This document shows, in pieces, positions 52,472 through 62,853 of a stretch of DNA of 64,000 bases. The stretch spans positions 174,631 to 238,630 of the forward strand of contig CBDCNM010000001.1 of assembly GCA_965219385.1 (NCBI GenBank), written 5' to 3'. The notes under the pieces were generated by a model. It saw only the letters and a program-made list of their open reading frames with translations. It made no database searches and was not told the DNA's origin. A program made the position numbers and the translations under genes. Within the stretch, counting starts at the first letter, position 1, and each line of letters begins with the position of its first letter. The stretch comes from Candidatus Latescibacterota bacterium. Its GTDB lineage: Bacteria; Latescibacterota; UBA2968; UBA8231.

Positions 52472-52642
52472 TTCATCACAACCGCATATTCCAGCGCAGG
52501 GTAGTGCCGTGCGACTCGGGAAAGAAAAAACAAATCCCGCCGGCGCACACCAGGCCCGAGGGCCGCGCTCCGATGGACGGGAGGACATCGTGGGCTTGGC
52601 CGATGGGGGCCAGGGGGCAATGGCGACGAGTCGAAGTTTGTG

Positions 52643-53455
52643 CTACACCCCGCCAAAGGCGGTATAGCCGCCGTCCACGGTAACGATGGAGCCGGTGACA
52701 AAACTGGCCTGGTCCGAGACCAGCCAGAGGGCGGCCCCGGCGATTTCCTCAGGTTTTCCCAGACGTCCCATGGGAACCTGGGCAATGATCTGCCGGCCCC
52801 TGGCGGTCAATTCCTCGCTATCCTGTTCCACCAGCAGGAACTTGTTCTGTCCGGTGAGGCAAAAGCCCGGGGCAATGGCGTTGACGCGGATGGTCGGCGA
52901 ATAGGTTTGCGCCATGTGCACGGCCAGCCACTGGGTGAAGTTGCTGGTGGCGGCCTTGCCGTTCGAATAGGAAATGGAACGGGTCAGTGGCGCCATGGCG
53001 CCGATGGAAGAGATGTTGAGAATGGCGCCGGCTTTTTTGTCGGCAAAGATGCGACCCGCTGCCTGCGAGGGAATGACGGCGCTCATGTAGTTCAGATCCA
53101 TCACCCGCTTCAGGGATTCCGTGGGGATGTCGAAAAACTCCATTTCGGGGGAGGTGGTGGCCTCCTTCTGGCTGCCCCCGGCACCGTTTACGAGTATATC
53201 TATGGTATCGTAAGCGGCCAGGGTTTCCGCAAGCGCCTGTTCGACGCTTGCGGTGGACAGGACGTCGCATTCAATCCCCAGGCCCTTGCCTCCGGCCCCG
53301 CGGATCTGGTCTGCTTTCTTTTTTGCGGCTTCGCCTACTTTGTCCCAGATGGCCACGCGAGCCCCTTCGCGGGACAGGGCTTTTGCTATTTCTCCACAAA
53401 TGGCACCACCGGCCCCGGTGACGATTGCGACTTTCTCCGCAAGGTTTAGATCCAT
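52643..53455 (-). CDS. SDR oxidoreductase (D-mannonate oxidoreductase-like)
   Basis: TGAGGAIC, VNGAGG, YSNGK, VNAIAPGF. Confidence 0.88.
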   Translation of the reverse strand: MDLNLAEKVAIVTGAGGAICGEIAKALSREGARVAIWDKVGEAAKKKADQIRGAGGKGLGIECDVLSTASVEQALAETLAAYDTIDILVNGAGGSQKEATTSPEMEFFDIPTESLKRVMDLNYMSAVIPSQAAGRIFADKKAGAILNISSIGAMAPLTRSISYSNGKAATSNFTQWLAVHMAQTYSPTIRVNAIAPGFCLTGQNKFLLVEQDSEELTARGRQIIAQVPMGRLGKPEEIAGAALWLVSDQASFVTGSIVTVDGGYTAFGGV

Positions 53456-53535
53456 TTCAACTCCGTTGAGGGCGACCCTCAAGGCCTTTTACCTGTCGAG
53501 TGGGATATTGGATGCTGCTCGCCGGGAACGGCTTC

Positions 53536-54573
53536 TCAATCTTCGCTTTCCAGGAGCTTGAGCCGATCCCCGGCCTTGATGTGCTCCTGGCCCTGGAGCA
53601 GGCGCACCTTGGACAGGCGGGCGCCGATGATCTCCTGGACTTCGAGTACGCCGATGGGCTGTAAGGTGTCCAGATTTTCTTCAATGGCTCGCTTGGGGCC
53701 GGGGTAGACCTCGAAGCGGAGTCCGGCGCGCAGGCGGTTCTCGCTGCCGATATTGATGTATATTTCATCCTCGTAGACCGAGAGGATCTCGGCGGGCTGG
53801 TTGCCCAGCTTGAGGCCGCTGGGCCGGATCAACTCCTCCAGTTTGTGGATCACCTCGTCCATGACTTCGACCGTGGCCTGGCCAATGGCCGTGCCGAGAA
53901 ATTCCTCGGAACCGAAGGTCATGTCTTTCAGCCCCAGGAACTGGACGTCCTGGGCGCGGGGCTTGCCCAGCAAGTCCAGGCCCAGATCGCGGTCGATGAT
54001 TTCGCGACTGGCCCGGACGGTGCCCGCCTCTCGTTGATCGCGGACCCACAGGCCCTTCAATTCTATATCGGCGATGCCGGTGTAGGACTTGTAGCCTCCC
54101 AGCAAGGGATCTCCTACGGAGACCCTCTTCATGTCGTAGTCCTTGAGGGTGCCCCGGACCAGCATGTCGGCCTCCAGGATGCGGCCGGCCTCCAGGATCT
54201 GTTCGGGCTTGAGTTTTTTCGGGTTTTCCACGGTCTCGGCCATGGCCTCGTAGGGCACCACGCGCCAGTTCGGCAGGGGGTAGGCGGCCAGTTTGACGCT
54301 CAGCATATAGGCCATGGCCTGCTCTATTTCCCAGACGCCCTCGCGGAATCCCGAGGTATTGACGAAGGGCATGACCGCGATGTACTGCGGCGCTACGGCG
54401 GTGGAATCCTCTACGTGTCTCTTATCCTTCAGGTACTGTGCGAGCGCACTGGGTTTCTCTGCAGCCGCTTCTTGCGCGCCCTGGGCGTCCGTGCCAGGTT
54501 GGTCCAAGGGGCTGGTGAGGGGGGCACAGCCGTGCCAGAGGATCATCACAAGGCCGCCGATAAGAAGCTTCAT
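53536..54573 (-). CDS. Lipoprotein, CsgG/FlgT-like
   Basis: WHGC lipobox, IAVMPFVN, IYINIGS. Confidence 0.65.
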   Translation of the reverse strand: MKLLIGGLVMILWHGCAPLTSPLDQPGTDAQGAQEAAAEKPSALAQYLKDKRHVEDSTAVAPQYIAVMPFVNTSGFREGVWEIEQAMAYMLSVKLAAYPLPNWRVVPYEAMAETVENPKKLKPEQILEAGRILEADMLVRGTLKDYDMKRVSVGDPLLGGYKSYTGIADIELKGLWVRDQREAGTVRASREIIDRDLGLDLLGKPRAQDVQFLGLKDMTFGSEEFLGTAIGQATVEVMDEVIHKLEELIRPSGLKLGNQPAEILSVYEDEIYINIGSENRLRAGLRFEVYPGPKRAIEENLDTLQPIGVLEVQEIIGARLSKVRLLQGQEHIKAGDRLKLLESED

Positions 54574-54800
54574 GGATTCGTCCGGTTAGATCTGTCCATA
54601 CCTTGTGCTAGGGTAATCGGCAATGGATTATTTGTCAAGTAGGGGCCGAGCGCCCCGGGTCGGGCGACCAGAGAAGCCGGACGGGCCTTGATGCAGGCTT
54701 CTTTTTGCCGTGTCTTATGGCAAGCAAAAATTCTCCCGCTCTGCCGCTGTGGCATGGGGAAATTGCTTATCTTTATATGGTCTGGTTCAAGGGGTAGGCC

Positions 54801-55793
54801 ATGCACGAGGGTTATACCGCAGAGCGGCTTTTGCCGGAGGAGTTTCTGGAGCGGCTGAAATCGATACTGCCGGCGGCGCAATACCGCCGTTGCGTGCAGA
54901 CCTTCTGCCGGAAGACGGCCACGGCGTTTCGCGCCAATCCCCTCAAAGCGGAAAAAACGTCCCTGGAAGAGGAATTGCGCGCTGAGGGATTTGGATTGGA
55001 GCCGCTGGCCTGGAAGAGGGATGCCTTTGTGGTACCCCACCAGCAGCGCCGGCCCCTGACCGAATCCAGGGCCTGCCGGGAAGGCCGGCTCTATATCCAG
55101 AATCCCTCCAGCATGGTTCCGCCCCAGGTCCAGGATCCCCAGCCCGGCGAGTGGATCCTGGACCTGGGGGCAGCGCCGGGCAGCAAGACCGTGCAGATGG
55201 CCGGCATGATGGGCAATGAGGGCGAGATCGCGGCGGTGGAGTCGGTCCGTTCCCGCTTTTTTCGTCTGCGGGCCAACCTCGAGCATTGCGGGGCCACCAA
55301 TGTGCGGACCTATCTCAAGGATGGGACTCGGGTGTGGAAGAATTGCCCGGAGATGTTCGACTGGGTGCTGCTGGACGCGGCCTGTTCCGCGGAGGGGCAG
55401 TTCAATGTCCACGACTCCTCCAGCTACGCCTACTGGAGCCCCGGAAAAATCCGCGAGATGCAGCGCAAACAGAAGCGCCTGTTGGTCTCGGCCGTGCAGT
55501 GTCTGAAGCCGGGAGGGGTGCTGGTCTATTCTACCTGTAGCTTTGCACCGGAGGAAAACGAGGTGGTGGTCAATTCGGTGCTGGAAAGATTCGGGGCGGC
55601 GCTGCGCCTCGAAGAGGGGGCGCTGTCCCTTGCCCGGGTACAGCAGGGGCTCACCTGCTGGCAGGATAGATCCCTGCACCCGGATTTAAGCAGGGCCATC
55701 CTCATTCTGCCCGATGGGGTGATGGAGGGGTTCTTTGTGTGTTGTTTGCGCAAGCTGGAAAGCACCCTGAAAGAGGACTTCTCTACCCGATGA
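54801..55793 (+). CDS. RsmF/NOL1/NOP2-family m5C RNA methyltransferase
   Basis: YIQNPSS, DLGAAPGSKT, DAACS, YSTCS. Confidence 0.9.
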   Translation: MHEGYTAERLLPEEFLERLKSILPAAQYRRCVQTFCRKTATAFRANPLKAEKTSLEEELRAEGFGLEPLAWKRDAFVVPHQQRRPLTESRACREGRLYIQNPSSMVPPQVQDPQPGEWILDLGAAPGSKTVQMAGMMGNEGEIAAVESVRSRFFRLRANLEHCGATNVRTYLKDGTRVWKNCPEMFDWVLLDAACSAEGQFNVHDSSSYAYWSPGKIREMQRKQKRLLVSAVQCLKPGGVLVYSTCSFAPEENEVVVNSVLERFGAALRLEEGALSLARVQQGLTCWQDRSLHPDLSRAILILPDGVMEGFFVCCLRKLESTLKEDFSTR

Positions 55794-56248
55794 TGCAAAA
55801 AATACAGGTATTGTGTGCAGTTGGCTGGCTGCTGGGGGGCTGTGGCACGGACGACAACCCCTTGCGCCAGGACGAGGTCGTGCTCCAGAGCCAGGTGGTG
55901 CTGAAGCCCGAGGAGGGGCTGGAGGAGGCGGTGCAGGTGGACAGCGTGCACTGGGAGCTGGGCCTGCTCAACACAACGGTGCCGGAGGAGGTGGAAATCG
56001 AGGGCCTGTTCCAGATTTTTTTCCGCAACCTCGCGGCCCGACCGGTGGAGATCCGCTACGACCTGCGCTTCCTGGACGAGGACGACTTTCTAATCGATAA
56101 CTTCAACCCATTCGGGCAGCCCCTGCGCCTGGAAGCGGATCAGGCGCGGGAGGCGGCCGGAGGGTTCATTATCGAGATGGGGCATGTGGAGGACTTGAGG
56201 CTGGTCACCACCATGCTGGTGGTGGCCCGCGTCAGGGCGGTGCAGTAG
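55790..56248 (+). CDS. Hypothetical lipoprotein
   Basis: LLGGC lipobox; overlaps the upstream stop. Confidence 0.65.
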   Translation: MMQKIQVLCAVGWLLGGCGTDDNPLRQDEVVLQSQVVLKPEEGLEEAVQVDSVHWELGLLNTTVPEEVEIEGLFQIFFRNLAARPVEIRYDLRFLDEDDFLIDNFNPFGQPLRLEADQAREAAGGFIIEMGHVEDLRLVTTMLVVARVRAVQ

Positions 56249-56325
56249 CTGGGGGAACCTTGGCAAAACCTTCACCGGCCCTGCGCCAGGTTCGACATTC
56301 GGGCTACACAGCGCGTTTTAAGATG

Positions 56326-56527
56326 GTCAGTACTTCACGGAATCGGCGGGGCGGCCGTGCGGGGCTTGTGCCTCTGGCGTTTTATGAGGCCCAAGGCGCT
56401 CTTGCCCCGCTCTCCCTTCCTGCTGCTGCGTCCACTCGCAGCCCCCACCACCCCCCATAAAACGCTGCCGGCACCATCCCCTCCCGGCCTTGAGGTCCAG
56501 ATAGGTACGGGTTCGTGAATCACTGAC
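56326..56527. repeat. Long imperfect intergenic palindrome (MITE/REP-like)
   Basis: Outer arms GTCAGTACTTCACG/CGTGAATCACTGAC; inner perfect GCGTTTTATG/CATAAAACGC. Confidence 0.5.
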
Positions 56528-56560
56528 AGTCTCTAAGTCTATAAGATACAGGATAATGAT

Positions 56561-57814
56561 TCACTTGAACAGCAGCTTCAGGTAGAAGAGCGGGTTGGTG
56601 AAGTATTTTTTGGGTACGGCATTGGCGATCATGCCGCAGATCAGCTCGCCCAGTTCGGGATTGCCCGCAGCCTTGCGGATCACCAGGTTGAGGAGGGATT
56701 GCCAGCGTCCCAGTTGCTGCATGCGGGTGCTGATTTTCAGCTCGTCCCCCAGCGCGTCCCAGAGGCGCTGGTCGTAGCGCTTGAGAAAGCGGGCGCTGAA
56801 GTCGTTGGCCTGCAAGGCCTCGACCGCGGTCTCCACGGCCGTGCGCGCCGAGTACAGGGCATTGCCTATGCCTTCGCCGGTGAAGGGATCGATCAGGCTG
56901 GCCGCATCCCCCAGGAGGAGGAAACCCTCGCCGTAGATCCTGCGGTGCTTGCTGCCGGCCGGCAAGTTCCAGCCCACCGGCTCTTCGAGAGGCCGGGCCG
57001 CGGCAAAGCGGTCTTTGAAGGCCGGGCTGTGGATCACCTTGTGCAGGGCCTGCACGAGGTCGACGCGGTGTTTCTTGAGGTACTTGTGGACCATGCCGAT
57101 GCCGACGTTGGCGCAGCCGTTCTCCAGAGGGAAGATCCAGAAGTAACCCGGGAGGGCTTCCTCGACGAAGTGGAGTTCGATCTGGTCCTGTAGATCCGCG
57201 ACGTTTTCATAGTAGCAGCGCAGGGCCACGATCCAGTGCCGGCTTTCGTGCTTGTAGAGCCCGCCCTGGCGGGCGACCATGGAGTTGAAGCCGTCGCAGC
57301 CCAGGACCAGACGGCCCCGGTACTCGACCACTTCTCTGCTGCCGGCCGGGCGGCCCCGCACGCCCCGCACCTGTCCCTGCTCCACGATCAGTTCGCGCAC
57401 ATTGAAGCCCTCGATACAGGTCGAGACCTGGCGGCGGGCCTCCTCGAAGAGGAAGTGGTCGAAAACCTGGCGGCGGATCACAAAGCCTTCCATGGGCATG
57501 CTGGTGCTGGTCAGGGTATCCTGGTGGTGGTATTGCCGCAAGTCGATGTGGAGGTCGGTGTGGGTCGGACTGCCAAAGACGACCGACTGGATGAGAGCGC
57601 CGGGCAGGGCGCGCACCTTGTCCAGGAGGCCCAGTTCGTGGAGGATGGCCACGGACTTGCCGGAGAGGGCGTCGCCGCAGATCTTGTCGCGCGGAAAGCG
57701 GTCCTTGTCCAGGAGCAAGGTCTTGAGCCCTCGGCGCTGGGCGTAGAGCGCGGCCGTGGAGCCGGCCGGACCGCCGCCGACAATGATGAGGTCGTAGGTC
57801 GGGTCTGGAGCCAT
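56561..57814 (-). CDS. Geranylgeranyl reductase family flavoprotein
   Basis: VGGGPAG, FPRDKICGD, GYFWIFP, GDAA..IDPFTGEGI. Confidence 0.9.
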   Translation of the reverse strand: MAPDPTYDLIIVGGGPAGSTAALYAQRRGLKTLLLDKDRFPRDKICGDALSGKSVAILHELGLLDKVRALPGALIQSVVFGSPTHTDLHIDLRQYHHQDTLTSTSMPMEGFVIRRQVFDHFLFEEARRQVSTCIEGFNVRELIVEQGQVRGVRGRPAGSREVVEYRGRLVLGCDGFNSMVARQGGLYKHESRHWIVALRCYYENVADLQDQIELHFVEEALPGYFWIFPLENGCANVGIGMVHKYLKKHRVDLVQALHKVIHSPAFKDRFAAARPLEEPVGWNLPAGSKHRRIYGEGFLLLGDAASLIDPFTGEGIGNALYSARTAVETAVEALQANDFSARFLKRYDQRLWDALGDELKISTRMQQLGRWQSLLNLVIRKAAGNPELGELICGMIANAVPKKYFTNPLFYLKLLFK

Positions 57815-57983
57815 GAGGGATTCTCGTCTTTTAGAAGATAGGCTTCTAAGCCAGCACGACAAGAGCAGCCTCTTAGCGATTCGGGATCTCGCCGGGGCCA
57901 GGTCTTGCAAAAGAGCCGATCTTGTGTACATTTTCTAAGTTTAACCAAGATTTCATCTCATAAAATCACGGAGTCGCAAAGCC

Positions 57984-59897
57984 ATGACAGTAGATTCCAC
58001 CGACGCGGCACAATCAAGCGGAACCGGCGTCGAAGAACGCCGGTTCCAGACCGAAGTGCAGCAGTTGCTGCACCTTTTGATCCACTCCCTCTACACCCAT
58101 TCGGAGGTGTTTGTCCGGGAGTTGATCTCCAATGCATCGGATGCCCTGGACAAGGTCCACTTCCGCTCGCTCACGGACCGCAATATCGTGGATCCGGACG
58201 CCGTGCTGGAGATTGATGTCCAGGTCGAGAAGAGCGGCAAGATCCTGACCATAAAGGACACCGGCATCGGCATGACCCGCGACGAGGTCACCCAGAATAT
58301 CGGTACCATTGCCCACTCCGGCTCGACCGAGTTCCTCGAGCAGATGGCCGAGACCAAGGACGACGAGCAAAAGCTCAGCCTGATCGGCCAGTTTGGGGTG
58401 GGGTTCTACTCGGTTTTCATGGTTGCCGACCGGGTGGTCCTCACCACCCGCAGCGCCGCTCCAGAGGCCGAGGCCGTGATGTGGGAGTCTACCGGGACCG
58501 GCAGTTACACCTTGTCGACAGCGGACAAAAAGGACCGGGGCACCGAGATCAAGATCTACGTGCGCAGCGACAGCGAGGAGTACCTGGACGCCCATCGGCT
58601 CGAGCAGATCATCCACAAACACTCGGATTTCGTGGCCTATCCCATCAAGGTGGGCGGCAAGCAGGCCAACGACACCTCGGCCCTGTGGACCCGACCCCGC
58701 AACGAAATCACCGAGGAGCAGTACCACGAATTCTACACCCACGTGTCCGGGGACCCGGAAAAACCCCTGGCCTACGAGCACATCGTGGTGGACGCGCCGA
58801 TCCAGTTCTACAGCGTCCTCTACCTCCCCGGGCACATGCCCCTGAATCTGCTGTTTACCCAGGAGCCCAGGATTTCGCTCAACCTCCACGTCAAGCGGGT
58901 CTTTATCCAGGACGACTGCAAGGAGCTCCTGCCGATCTATTTGCGCTTTGTGCGCGGCGTGGTGGACTGCGACGATCTGCCCTTGAATGTTTCGCGCGAG
59001 ACCCTGCAGCACAATCCGGTGATCGGCAAGGTCCGCTCCAACCTGGTGCGGCGGATCCTGAATATGCTGGAGGGCATAGCCAAGAACCGCGCCGAAGACT
59101 ACCTCAAATTCTGGCGTTCTTTCGGCATGGTGCTCAAGGAAGGCATCACCATGGACTTGGAAAACAAAAACCAGATCGCCGGGCTGCTGCGCTTTCACTC
59201 CTCCCTTAGCGACGACCCGGAGGAGTTGGCATCGCTGCAGGAGTACGTGGACCGGATGCAGACGGACCAGAAGGAGATTTACTACCTGACCGGCGAAAGC
59301 CGCGAGGTGATTGCCCAGAGCCCGCTGCTGGAGGCCTTTGGCAAGCGCAACCTGGAGGTGCTCTGCATGAGCGATCCGGTGGACGAGTGGGTGGTGAACG
59401 GCCTGCAGAAGTTTGCCGACAAGGAGTTCAAGGCCATCGACGCGGCGGATCTGGACCTGGGCGAGGAGGTCAAGCTGGAGGGGGTCGGCCAGAAGGACAA
59501 GGCGCAGACCATCGAGCTGGTCAGCTTCCTCAAAAAGGAGTTGGGGGACCGGGTCGCCGACGTCGTGGAGTCGAACCGCCTGACCGACAGTCCGTGTGTG
59601 CTGGTGGTGCCCCAGGGCGGTCTGGGCCTCAACATGGAACGCATAATGAAAATGACGGACCAGGAATTTTCGCCCACCAAGCGGATTCTGGAGATCAATT
59701 CCTCCCATGCCATCATCCGCAATATGGGCCAGGTCCTCAAAAAGGACCGCGACTCCGAGCAGCTCAAGGAGTGGTCCCAGTTCCTGGTCGACTACGTGCT
59801 CCTGGGCGAGGGCACGGTCGAGGATCCGCAGCGGGTCACCCGCACCCTGCAGTCGATTATGAGCGCGGCCACCGACCAGGCGGCCAAGGAGGATTGA
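57984..59897 (+). CDS. htpG: Chaperone HtpG (Hsp90)
   Basis: RELISNASDA, DTGIGM, IGQFGVGFYS, LPLNVSRE. Confidence 0.97.
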   Translation: MTVDSTDAAQSSGTGVEERRFQTEVQQLLHLLIHSLYTHSEVFVRELISNASDALDKVHFRSLTDRNIVDPDAVLEIDVQVEKSGKILTIKDTGIGMTRDEVTQNIGTIAHSGSTEFLEQMAETKDDEQKLSLIGQFGVGFYSVFMVADRVVLTTRSAAPEAEAVMWESTGTGSYTLSTADKKDRGTEIKIYVRSDSEEYLDAHRLEQIIHKHSDFVAYPIKVGGKQANDTSALWTRPRNEITEEQYHEFYTHVSGDPEKPLAYEHIVVDAPIQFYSVLYLPGHMPLNLLFTQEPRISLNLHVKRVFIQDDCKELLPIYLRFVRGVVDCDDLPLNVSRETLQHNPVIGKVRSNLVRRILNMLEGIAKNRAEDYLKFWRSFGMVLKEGITMDLENKNQIAGLLRFHSSLSDDPEELASLQEYVDRMQTDQKEIYYLTGESREVIAQSPLLEAFGKRNLEVLCMSDPVDEWVVNGLQKFADKEFKAIDAADLDLGEEVKLEGVGQKDKAQTIELVSFLKKELGDRVADVVESNRLTDSPCVLVVPQGGLGLNMERIMKMTDQEFSPTKRILEINSSHAIIRNMGQVLKKDRDSEQLKEWSQFLVDYVLLGEGTVEDPQRVTRTLQSIMSAATDQAAKED

Positions 59898-59898
59898 T

Positions 59899-61242
59899 AT
59901 GTCCGACGAGATTCGCACTCTGGCGCAAAATGCTCGCCAGGCAGCCCTGGGGCTGGCGAGCATTTCGGTGGAGGTGCGCAACGCCGCCCTGGAGGCAATT
60001 GCCCGGGGCCTGGAAGAGGAAAGGGAACGGATCGAGGCGGCCAACCGGGAAGACCTGGAGGCGGCCGGCGAAATGGTGGAAAAGGGCGAACTGGCCGAAC
60101 CCCTGGTCAAGCGCCTGGTGGTGGGCGGCTCCAAGTTCGAGGGGGTGGTGACCATGGCCCGCGGGGTCGCGGACCAGCCCGATCCCCTGGGCAGGACCCA
60201 GAGCGCCACCGAGCTGGACGAGGGGCTCGAGCTGTTCAGGGTATCGGTGCCGATCGGGGTGATCGGGGTGATCTTCGAGTCGCGGCCCGACGCCCTGGTG
60301 CAGATCGCCGCGTTGTGCCTCAAGTCCGGCAACGCGGTGCTGCTCAAGGGCGGCCGCGAAGCCTGGCGCACCAACCAGGTACTGGCCGAGGTGATCGCCC
60401 GGGCCGCGGCCGAGGTAGAGGGGATCCCGGAGGGCTGGATGGCCCTGCTGGAGACCCGCGAGGACGTGCGCGCCCTGCTGGACCTGGACCAGTACATTGA
60501 CCTGATCCTACCGCGAGGCGGCAACGAGTTCGTGCGCTACATCATGGAAAATACCCGGATTCCGGTCATGGGGCACGCCGACGGGGTCTGCCACGTGTAC
60601 GTGGACCGGGCGGCCGATCTGGACAAGGCCGTGCGGGTGGTGGTGGACTCCAAGACCCAGTACGTGGCGGTGTGCAATGCGGCCGAGGCCCTGCTGGTGC
60701 ACCAGGACATTGCCGCGCCCTTTTGCGAGCGGGCCTTTGCGGCCCTGGAGGAAAAGGGGGTGGAGATCCGCGGCGACGAGCGCACCCGCCAGCTGAGCCG
60801 GAGCAACGGCCGGGTCGTGGCGGCCAGGGAGGAAGACTGGGGTTTTGAGTACCTGGACCTGGTGCTGGCGGTGAAGGTGGTGGACGGCCTGGAGGCGGCG
60901 GTGGAGCACATCAACCGCTACGGTAGCCATCACACCGACGCGATCGTGAGCGAGGACGAGGAGGCGGCACTGCACTTTTTGCGCAGCGTGGACTCGGCCT
61001 CGGTTGTGCACAACGCCTCGACCCGCTTTGCGGACGGGTTCCGCTACGGCCTGGGGGCCGAGGTGGGGATCAGCACCAACCGGCTGCACAGCCGCGGGCC
61101 GGTGGGGCTGGAGGGGCTAACCATCTACAAGTACATTCTCACAGGAGACGGCCACACGGTCGACGACTTCGAGGGCGATTCCCCGCGTCCCTATACCCAC
61201 CGTCGCCTGGAGGCGGAATGGCAGACACGGGAGGTCAGGTAA
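59899..61242 (+). CDS. proA: Gamma-glutamyl phosphate reductase
   Basis: PIGVIGVIFESRP, VCNAAE, NASTRFADG, RGPVGL. Confidence 0.96.
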   Translation: MSDEIRTLAQNARQAALGLASISVEVRNAALEAIARGLEEERERIEAANREDLEAAGEMVEKGELAEPLVKRLVVGGSKFEGVVTMARGVADQPDPLGRTQSATELDEGLELFRVSVPIGVIGVIFESRPDALVQIAALCLKSGNAVLLKGGREAWRTNQVLAEVIARAAAEVEGIPEGWMALLETREDVRALLDLDQYIDLILPRGGNEFVRYIMENTRIPVMGHADGVCHVYVDRAADLDKAVRVVVDSKTQYVAVCNAAEALLVHQDIAAPFCERAFAALEEKGVEIRGDERTRQLSRSNGRVVAAREEDWGFEYLDLVLAVKVVDGLEAAVEHINRYGSHHTDAIVSEDEEAALHFLRSVDSASVVHNASTRFADGFRYGLGAEVGISTNRLHSRGPVGLEGLTIYKYILTGDGHTVDDFEGDSPRPYTHRRLEAEWQTREVR

Positions 61243-61248
61243 GACAGC

Positions 61249-61602
61249 ATGAGCGAGCAGACACAGACGGAGCGTCCCCGGATCAAACGCCACATTTTTC
61301 TCTGCGCCACTCCGACCAAGCCCAAGTGCCACGCGGACGGCACCGGAGCGGAGTGCTGGGAGTTCTTGAAGAAGCGCCTGAGCGAGCTGGGCTACGGCCA
61401 TCCCAGCAGCGGCATCCACCGCACCAAGGCCGATTGCCTGCGGGTGTGCGAGAGCGGGCCGACGGTGTTGGTCTACCCGGAGGAGGTCTGGTACCATTCC
61501 ATGACGGTCGAGAAGCTGGAGCGCATCATCCAGGAGCACCTGATCGGCGGTCGGGTGGTGGAGGAGTACGTCAACCAGGAGCCGTTCCGCAATCTGGACT
61601 GA
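61249..61602 (+). CDS. Thioredoxin-like [2Fe-2S] ferredoxin
   Basis: HIFLC...C...CLRVCESGP..VYPE.VWY. Confidence 0.9.
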   Translation: MSEQTQTERPRIKRHIFLCATPTKPKCHADGTGAECWEFLKKRLSELGYGHPSSGIHRTKADCLRVCESGPTVLVYPEEVWYHSMTVEKLERIIQEHLIGGRVVEEYVNQEPFRNLD

Positions 61603-61627
61603 ACCGGGCGCAGGGCTTATAACGGGG

Positions 61628-62505
61628 ATGGAGGATGAATTGTTCGGACAGCTCTTCACGGCCCTGGACCCGGTTCAAGCCGCCTCACTCCTGGCCCGGC
61701 TGGACCAGGAGACCACTACCCGTCGCCTCGAAACATTGCCGCGGAACACCGCCACGGAGCTCAGGGAGCTCATGGTCTACCCTCCTGAGACCGCCGGCCA
61801 CCTCATGGATCCCCAGGTGACCACCTTTCGGGCGGACGAGGCTGTGGAAGATGCCATGAGGCGGATCCGGGGCCATCCCGAACGCCGCATCCTGGATCTG
61901 TGCCTGGTGGACGAAAAGGGCCATCTAACGGCTGTAATTCCCCTCCAGGAGGTGGCCATTGCAAGCTCGGACCAGCGTCTGGAGGCGCTCGTTCGAGGCC
62001 AGCCCATCAATGTCCAGGCCATGTCCTCCCGCGAAGAAGTGGTAGAGCTCCTGGAGGAGAAGAAACTGGCCAGCCTGCCGGTAATCAACTTCGAGGGCCG
62101 GCTCCTGGGCATCATCCAGCACGATGTCCTGGTCGAAGCCGCCCAGCAAAACGCCAGCGGGGATATCCAGGCCATGGTCGGGGCCGGACGCGAAGAGCAG
62201 GCCCTTTCCAGGGCATCCTTTGCGATCCGCAAGCGGCTCCCCTGGCTCCAGATCAACCTGGTGACCGCCTTTCTGGCCGCTGCCGTGGTCGGCCTGTTCG
62301 AAGGCACCATCGCCAGATTCACGGCCCTGGCTGTCTTCCTGTCGGTGGTGGCCGGCCAGTCCGGCAATACCGGGGCCCAGGCCCCGGCCGTAACCATGCG
62401 GGGGTTTGCCCTGCGGCAGATCCGCGTGCGCAACTGGCGCCGGATCGCCACCGTTTTCTGGGACTGGCTACCTTGCTCTCCAGCGCATTCAACCTGGCTC
62501 TTTGA
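61628..62505 (+). pseudogene. mgtE: MgtE magnesium transporter with internal deletion and frameshift
   Basis: CBS pair, KRLPWL, GQSGNTGAQ. After WRRIAT the C-terminal FLGLATLL..* appears immediately in another frame. Confidence 0.8.
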
Positions 62506-62801
62506 AGGAGAGGACGGACGCTCAGAGGGCCATTGCGACGGCACGCCGGCTTCCGAGCAGAGGATGGTCGAGCGGGATGTACACCTGTATCGCCTGGTGA
62601 GCCGGCAAGCGGTAGGGACCCGGCGCATGCTGCTGAAATAGGTAGCCGGTCCGCCGAGGGTTGACCTATCTTCGAAAAAGGACTTAATTTTCTCATGGGG
62701 AACGACGAACCGCGCACAAGGTATCCTATGAGCCTCACCGGATCTACAAGTTATTGTCCAGCCACAGTTCATCTAAATCGAGCCATAAAATCAACCTGGT
62801 C

Positions 62802-62828
62802 AAAAGTGCACCTCACAGGTGCACTTTT
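62802..62828. terminator. Hairpin with flanking A/T tracts (bidirectional terminator-like)
   Basis: AAAAGTGCACCT-CAC-AGGTGCACTTTT. Confidence 0.6.
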
Positions 62829-62853
62829 TATTTTTTAAATCCAAGAGGGCGAA

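Noticed and set aside
58014..60524. 836-aa minus-strand ORF and similar long overlapping ORFs (16428-17939, 23312-24946, 33255-34619)
   Set aside because: Antisense to well-recognised genes; typical high-GC artefacts with no motifs.
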